Shown here piece by piece: positions 58,947-64,000 of a DNA stretch of 64,000 nucleotides. The first letter of the stretch is position 1; each line of letters opens with the position of its first letter. Under the pieces are notes generated by a model. The model was not told where the DNA came from and did no database searches. It saw only the letters and a program-made list of their open reading frames with translations. A program made the position numbers and the translations under genes. The stretch is from an uncultured Bacteroidota bacterium (GTDB lineage Bacteria > Bacteroidota > Ignavibacteria > UBA10030 > UBA6906): contig CAVOYH010000004.1 in NCBI GenBank assembly GCA_963700635.1, forward strand, positions 384,001-448,000, in the 5' to 3' direction.

Positions 58947-59098
58947 GGGGAATTCTCCTGAAAAATTTGTAGGACGAAATCTACAAATATTGGAGGAATT
59001 GTCAAAGGCTCATCTTTATTCTTTCTTCTCAGCTTTTCCCTCATTATACTTGACCAATTCGGATCAACATGTTATTCCGTAACCATCCTGAACGCCGC

Positions 59099-60478
59099 AT
59101 GACCTCAACCCAAACGGTTACCGAGAGACTGGACAGTCTGTACGAATTTGACCGAGAACCGGTCGCGGATTCGCATCTTTACGGTGCGGGCAAATTCTGG
59201 GGTGTGTATGCCGGGGAGCATATTGCGGGAACCGAGTATATTATCGGGCCGCTGTTTGTGGCGCACGGGGTGACGGTGACCGATTTCTTCGGCGGCCTTC
59301 TGCTCGGCAATCTCCTGGCAGTTCTGAGCTGGGCGTTTATTGTGGCTCCCATCGCCGTCAGGACCCGGCTTACACTCTACTGGCAGCTTCGTAAAATCGC
59401 CGGTCCCGGCCTTACCGCCGCATACAGCCTTGTAAACGCCCTGATGTTCTGTTTTCTCGCCGGCTCCATGATCTCTGTCGCGGCGACAGCAGTCGGCCTT
59501 CCGTTTAATATGGATATGCCCCGGCTTGACGACACACTCCCGAACAGTATTGAGTGGGTCCTTGTTGTTCTTGGCGTCGGATCTGTGGTAACCCTCCTGG
59601 CGATTCTGGGTTTTGAGAAACTTGCCCATTTTGCGAAGATCGCATCTCCGTGGATGGTCCTTGTGTTTGTTGCAGGCGCACTCGCCGTGCTTCCCACTCT
59701 CGGTGTCAGTTCCGTTGATGATTTCTGGCGTGTGGCGAAAGAAAAGATCTGGACCGGAACCCCGTTCCCAGGGATGCATCAGTTTACCTTCTGGCATGTG
59801 ACGTTCTTTGCCTGGTTCTGCAACCTGGCAATGCACATCGGCATGGCGGATATGTCGCTGCTGCGGTTTGCGCGTAAATGGACGTATGGATTCACCAGCG
59901 CGGCCGGGATGTTTCTCGGACATGTCGTCGCCTGGGTGGCATCCGGAATACTTTGTGCCGCTGCCGCAGGCAATGTCGCTCCCGGACCGATCGCGTATCT
60001 TGGTGCGGGTGTTGCCGGAGCGGTTTCTGTCGTGATTGCCGGCTGGACGACAGCCAATCCAACACTGTACCGGGCCGGACTCGCTCTGCAGGTTGCCACT
60101 CCGAATTGGAAACGATGGAAGGTGACTCTCGGTGCTGGATTGCTCACCACCGTCGCAGCCCTGTTCCCTGCTCTGATGATGAAGCTTCTGGATTTTGTTG
60201 CGCTCTACGGGCTTATATTGATGCCGATGGGCGCGGTGATCTTTGCCGACTTCTGGCTCTTCCCGAAACTCCGACTCCGTCCGGCGTATGCCGAGACACG
60301 GCGCCTGCTTGTTTCATGGCCCGCCCTCGCGGCATGGGTTATCTCGCTGGCAGTGTGTTTTGTGTTGCCCGTGGAATTGTACTTCAAGGCGCTTCCGGGT
60401 TGGTTCGTCGCTGTTGTAACCTTTGTCGCCGCGAGTTACGTGCAGCAACGATCCGAAGAGAAAGGAGCAGCACGTTGA
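59099..60478 (+). CDS. NCS1 / purine-cytosine permease family transporter
   Basis: About 12 TM segments; YAGEHIAGTE, GNLLAVLSW, WTTANPTLY. Confidence 0.75.
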   Translation: MTSTQTVTERLDSLYEFDREPVADSHLYGAGKFWGVYAGEHIAGTEYIIGPLFVAHGVTVTDFFGGLLLGNLLAVLSWAFIVAPIAVRTRLTLYWQLRKIAGPGLTAAYSLVNALMFCFLAGSMISVAATAVGLPFNMDMPRLDDTLPNSIEWVLVVLGVGSVVTLLAILGFEKLAHFAKIASPWMVLVFVAGALAVLPTLGVSSVDDFWRVAKEKIWTGTPFPGMHQFTFWHVTFFAWFCNLAMHIGMADMSLLRFARKWTYGFTSAAGMFLGHVVAWVASGILCAAAAGNVAPGPIAYLGAGVAGAVSVVIAGWTTANPTLYRAGLALQVATPNWKRWKVTLGAGLLTTVAALFPALMMKLLDFVALYGLILMPMGAVIFADFWLFPKLRLRPAYAETRRLLVSWPALAAWVISLAVCFVLPVELYFKALPGWFVAVVTFVAASYVQQRSEEKGAAR

Positions 60479-60642
60479 AACTCCTGCTAAAAAGTGCTTC
60501 GATGGCCGGACTCGGCCTCACCATCATACCTGCGGTGCTGGTTGCTTCCGGAGGTCTCCGCTGGCAGACTCATGCGGACCTTATGATCGCCGGGATGATC
60601 CTGTGGTTTGTCACCGCGCCCTTCTGGATGAAAAAAGATTGA
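60475..60642 (+). CDS. small two-helix membrane protein (55 aa)
   Basis: TTG start with SD AAGGAG, overlapping the permease stop; two hydrophobic segments, ends FWMKKD. Confidence 0.7.
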   Translation: MKLLLKSASMAGLGLTIIPAVLVASGGLRWQTHADLMIAGMILWFVTAPFWMKKD

Positions 60643-60652
60643 GAGGGTTTCC

Positions 60653-62149
60653 ATGCAGATCATTGTTTCCCGTCTCCTTGTCCTCATCCTCCTCATCACG
60701 CCCTATCTCTCCGCCCAACCGCCATCCCCCCCCGCGGTGAAGGTGGGGGTGTTCGGGATCGGCCTCGATACCTACTGGGGACAGTTTGAAGGTCTCCGTG
60801 ACCGGCTCGAAGGATATCTGAACCGTATTGAAACACGACTCTCCACACTCGGGGTTGATGTTGTTTCGGGAGGGCTCGTAGATAATGTCGACAAGGCCCG
60901 GCACACCGCCGCCTTGATGAAATCGCAGGATGTGCGCGTACTATTCCTCTATGTCTCAACGTACGCGCTCTCGTCAACGGTGCTGCCTGTACTGCAGCAG
61001 GCAAATGTGCCGGTGGTCATCCTCAATCTGCAGCCCGAAAAGTCTATCGACTACAAGGCGTTTAATGCGCTGGGTGATCGTGGCAAAATGACCGGGGAGT
61101 GGCTTGCGTACTGTCAGGCTTGTGCGGTGCCGGAAGTGGCGAATATCTGCCTCAAAACAGGGGTACATTTTTCTCTCATAACGGGAACACTTGAGGACCC
61201 GGTCTCCTGGAACGAAATAGCGGAATGGGTGGATGCTGCGAGGGTGGCGGGGATAATGCGGGACAACCGTCTTGGTATCCTCGGTCACTACTACAATGGA
61301 ATGCTGGATGTGTATGCCGATGTCGCGCTGCAATCTGTGGTCTTTGGCACACACGTTGAACATCTTGAGATTGATGCCCTGAAGATGTTTCGGCGCCAGG
61401 TGAGCGAGGAAGAAGTGAAGGCAAAAATCCGCGAGATCCGTCAGTCGTTTACGGTTCTTCCCGAATGTGGGGAGGCTGAAATCGAACGTGCAGCGCGCAC
61501 GGCCTGTGCGTTGGACCGTCTGGTGGCCGACAGGCGTCTCGGCGGGATCGCATACTACTATGAAGGAAGTCCGGGAAGCGAGGAAGAAGATATTGTCACA
61601 TCTCTGATTGTGGGCAACTCACTGCTCACGGCCCGGCACATTCCGGTCGCCGGTGAATGTGAGGTCCGTAATGTGCAGGCAATGAAGATCCTTGATGCGT
61701 TCGGTGCCGGTGGATCGTTCAGCGAGTTTTATCTGATGGATTTTCATGACGATGTGGTCCTTCTGGGTCATGACGGACCCGGCCACATTGGTATCGCTGA
61801 GGGAAAACCTCTCCTCAGGCCCCTCGGGGTGTTTCACGGCAAACCCGGCACGGGGCTCTCTGTTGAAATGAAAGTGAAGCATGGCCCGGTCACCCTTCTG
61901 TCTGTGGTTCAGACGCGGGAGGGAAAACTTAAGCTCCTCGTTGCAGAAGGGGACTGTGTCCCTGGTCCCACCCTGGAAATCGGGAATACCAATAGCCGTT
62001 ACCGGTTCGCATGCGGTGCGCGCGGGTTTGTGGATGCGTGGAGCAAGGAGGGACCGGCCCACCATTGTGCGATCGGGACGGGACATGTCGTTTCACGGCT
62101 TAGAAAATTCGCTGCCCTGGTCAATCTCGAGCTTGTGGAAATTCGCTGA
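60653..62149 (+). CDS. L-fucose/L-arabinose isomerase family protein with N-terminal signal-like extension
   Basis: KVGVFGIGLDTYWGQFEGL, YYNGMLDVY, AGECE, SFSEFY, GHDGPGH, GPAHHCAIG. Confidence 0.8.
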   Translation: MQIIVSRLLVLILLITPYLSAQPPSPPAVKVGVFGIGLDTYWGQFEGLRDRLEGYLNRIETRLSTLGVDVVSGGLVDNVDKARHTAALMKSQDVRVLFLYVSTYALSSTVLPVLQQANVPVVILNLQPEKSIDYKAFNALGDRGKMTGEWLAYCQACAVPEVANICLKTGVHFSLITGTLEDPVSWNEIAEWVDAARVAGIMRDNRLGILGHYYNGMLDVYADVALQSVVFGTHVEHLEIDALKMFRRQVSEEEVKAKIREIRQSFTVLPECGEAEIERAARTACALDRLVADRRLGGIAYYYEGSPGSEEEDIVTSLIVGNSLLTARHIPVAGECEVRNVQAMKILDAFGAGGSFSEFYLMDFHDDVVLLGHDGPGHIGIAEGKPLLRPLGVFHGKPGTGLSVEMKVKHGPVTLLSVVQTREGKLKLLVAEGDCVPGPTLEIGNTNSRYRFACGARGFVDAWSKEGPAHHCAIGTGHVVSRLRKFAALVNLELVEIR

Positions 62150-62164
62150 CCAGCGTGAAACGTC

Positions 62165-63289
62165 TCAGGTGAGCTGTTTGATGAAGCACCGCCGGCGCTT
62201 ATGCTGGCGTCGCTCGAAGATTTTCCAGTGCGCCTGGACGAGTTTGTTCTCTTCGAGTTCAACGTTGGATTCCGCGGAGACAATTCCGGTCCGGATAACC
62301 GATTCGCCCAGCGCGGTTATCAGGAGGGCGTCTGCTCCCTTACCCTGCAGGTCTCTCCGGATTGCACCGAGGTACAGGTCAACATAGCGTGGCCTCTTCA
62401 TGGCAAGCAGAAGGTGGATGAAACCGAAGGGAAGAATCCGGCCGTTTGCCTTTTGAAGCGCGCGCGAAAAAGAAGGCATCCCGATGACGAATCCGGCAAC
62501 CCGATCCTCTGCGTCAACAAGGACCTTCGTGTACTCCGGAGAAACATTCGGGATATAGAGTTTCACATAATAGTCGATTTCCTTGGGCGTCAGTGGCACA
62601 AAGCCATACAACCCGGTATACGTGTCATTGATAATCTCAAATATCTGGTGGGCATACGGGAGGAAGTCCTTGGCTTTGCGCGCTGCCAGGACGCGCACGC
62701 CGCGCCGGTCTGCCGTGATCGCCGCGATGCGGAGTGCTTTCTCCGGAATCTCGTCGGGAACGGTGATCTGGTATTCGAGCCAATCCACATCCTTCACGTA
62801 ACCGCGGGCTTCCATATGTTTGGGGTAGTACGGGTAATTGTAGAGCGTCGCCATCGTGCCCAATTCCTGAAACCCTTCTACAAGCATCCCCTCACGGTCC
62901 ATATCCGAAAATCCGAGCGGTCCATGGAGCGCGGTCATACCCTCGGCCCGGGCCCACTGTTCCACCGTCTCGAGCAGCGCGGCGAATACTTCTTCATCGT
63001 CGATAAAGTCAAGCCAGCCAAAGCGGCCGGTGGTTTTGCCCCAGAGTTTTACGTAGGAATGGTTGATAATGCCCGCAACCCGTCCCACGGTTTTCCCGTT
63101 CCGCTCAGCAAGCCAGTATCGTGCCGTGCAATGCTCAAACGCAGGGTTCTTGTCCCGCCGCAGGGTATTCCGCTCATCAAATATAAGCGGAGGGATCCAG
63201 AAGGGATTCTTCCGGTAGAGCGAAAACGGGAAAGTGATGAAGGCGTGCAGCTGCTGGCGCGTGGTGACTTCACGTATATGTACGGGCAT
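62165..63289 (-). CDS. GNAT-fold (YghO-like) protein
   Basis: FITFPFSLY..WIPPL, NPAFEH, GRVAGI, GPLGFS..EGMLVEGF, YNYPYY; start ATG 63289. Confidence 0.75.
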   Translation of the reverse strand: MPVHIREVTTRQQLHAFITFPFSLYRKNPFWIPPLIFDERNTLRRDKNPAFEHCTARYWLAERNGKTVGRVAGIINHSYVKLWGKTTGRFGWLDFIDDEEVFAALLETVEQWARAEGMTALHGPLGFSDMDREGMLVEGFQELGTMATLYNYPYYPKHMEARGYVKDVDWLEYQITVPDEIPEKALRIAAITADRRGVRVLAARKAKDFLPYAHQIFEIINDTYTGLYGFVPLTPKEIDYYVKLYIPNVSPEYTKVLVDAEDRVAGFVIGMPSFSRALQKANGRILPFGFIHLLLAMKRPRYVDLYLGAIRRDLQGKGADALLITALGESVIRTGIVSAESNVELEENKLVQAHWKIFERRQHKRRRCFIKQLT

Positions 63290-63350
63290 AGGAAAGGCCT
63301 TTGGAGAATGAGCTGTAACCGAGGAAAACAAGAGCCATTACAGTCATACT

Positions 63351-63379
63351 AATATAGCGATTGAAATTACGGAGTGCAA
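63351..63379 (-). promoter_or_regulatory. putative sigma70 promoter
   Basis: Minus strand TTGCAC-N17-TATATT. Confidence 0.5.
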
Positions 63380-63448
63380 TGTCCCCCGTTGTTCGCATAC
63401 CGGATCGCGGTCGGGGGATTCTTCCTTCTGCGAATCTGTCGTCTGGTA

Positions 63449-63477
63449 TTGACAAATCGAACTTGCACACGTATCTT
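63449..63477 (+). promoter_or_regulatory. putative sigma70 promoter
   Basis: TTGACA-N17-TATCTT. Confidence 0.6.
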
Positions 63478-63570
63478 CTCAACCAGACCGCGTCTGCCCA
63501 CGTCCCAGTCATCAGATCGCCGGCACCACACAGAGATCTTCCCGGAGGGAGGAATCACCCGACCGACAGA

Positions 63571-64000
63571 ATGTCAACCAAGGCCTCCCAAATAGCGCTG
63601 CAAACGGGCATATTCTCCCTTCTGCTCGGCATAGTCTGGTTATTTGCCGGGGAATCTCTCATGCAGATTGTCCTTCCCGGGGACAGCGACTCCGGCGCAC
63701 GGTCGAGGGAGTGGGATCTGCTGGGCGTTCTGCTTTTTACGATACTTCTTACCGGGATGGTGTATATCCTGATTCGGCTTCACACCAGGCCCGACGGTGC
63801 CCCGGTGTGGGGCAGGTCCCGGCCTTCAACCCAATCGTTCCGATTCCAATCTCTCGCGGAATCCACAGCCGATGTGCTCTGGGTTGTCGATGCGGAGACG
63901 CTCCATTTTCTGTATGTGAGCAGTTCCGTCGCGACTCTACGCGGGTTCTCTGCTGCGGAAGTCCTCACACAGAATCTTTCCGCCGCGCTCACCCGTGATT
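63571..64000 (+). CDS. membrane PAS-domain sensor protein, truncated by the window edge (not in ORF track)
   Basis: Open frame from ATG 63571: two TM helices, then RFQSLAESTADVLWVVD..FLYVSSSV..LRGFS.AEV PAS pattern. Confidence 0.75.
   Translation, partial: MSTKASQIALQTGIFSLLLGIVWLFAGESLMQIVLPGDSDSGARSREWDLLGVLLFTILLTGMVYILIRLHTRPDGAPVWGRSRPSTQSFRFQSLAESTADVLWVVDAETLHFLYVSSSVATLRGFSAAEVLTQNLSAALTRD

Overview
A gene-dense, GC-rich bacterial chromosomal window with about 60 CDSs. I found no rRNA, tRNA, CRISPR array or recognisable mobile element. Gene content (Bacteroidota-type pheA-aminotransferase-tyrA-DAHPS/CM operon, S46 peptidase, GH2, heparinase II/III-like) together with TTGACA-N17-TAnnnT promoters suggests an Ignavibacteria-like member of the Bacteroidota-Chlorobiota group; this is inference. 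Positions 1-27 kb are mostly housekeeping (phoH, mazG, prmC, dtd, comEC, mtnA, recO, degP-like, trpS, scpAB, rluB-like). Highlights: (1) an 8-gene bacterial microcompartment locus (33.6-39.0 kb) with 3 pentamers, 1 hexamer, PduL, acylating aldehyde dehydrogenase, class II aldolase and a remodelled acetate kinase; (2) two leader-peptide ORFs absent from the ORF track, both apparently leaderless: a clear Phe/Tyr attenuator before pheA and a candidate Pro-sensing leader before proC; (3) a Braun-lipoprotein-like coiled-coil lipoprotein plus LysM protein under a perfect consensus promoter; (4) a perfect 26-bp palindrome at the DUF134 metal-module promoter; (5) an NCS1 permease, small membrane protein and signal-peptide-bearing sugar isomerase operon; (6) a WD40-caspase/DUF4384-like pair. 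Two genes are interrupted: a GNAT by an in-frame TAG and a GH2 by a 1-nt frameshift. All family calls come from motif recognition by eye, with no database searches.
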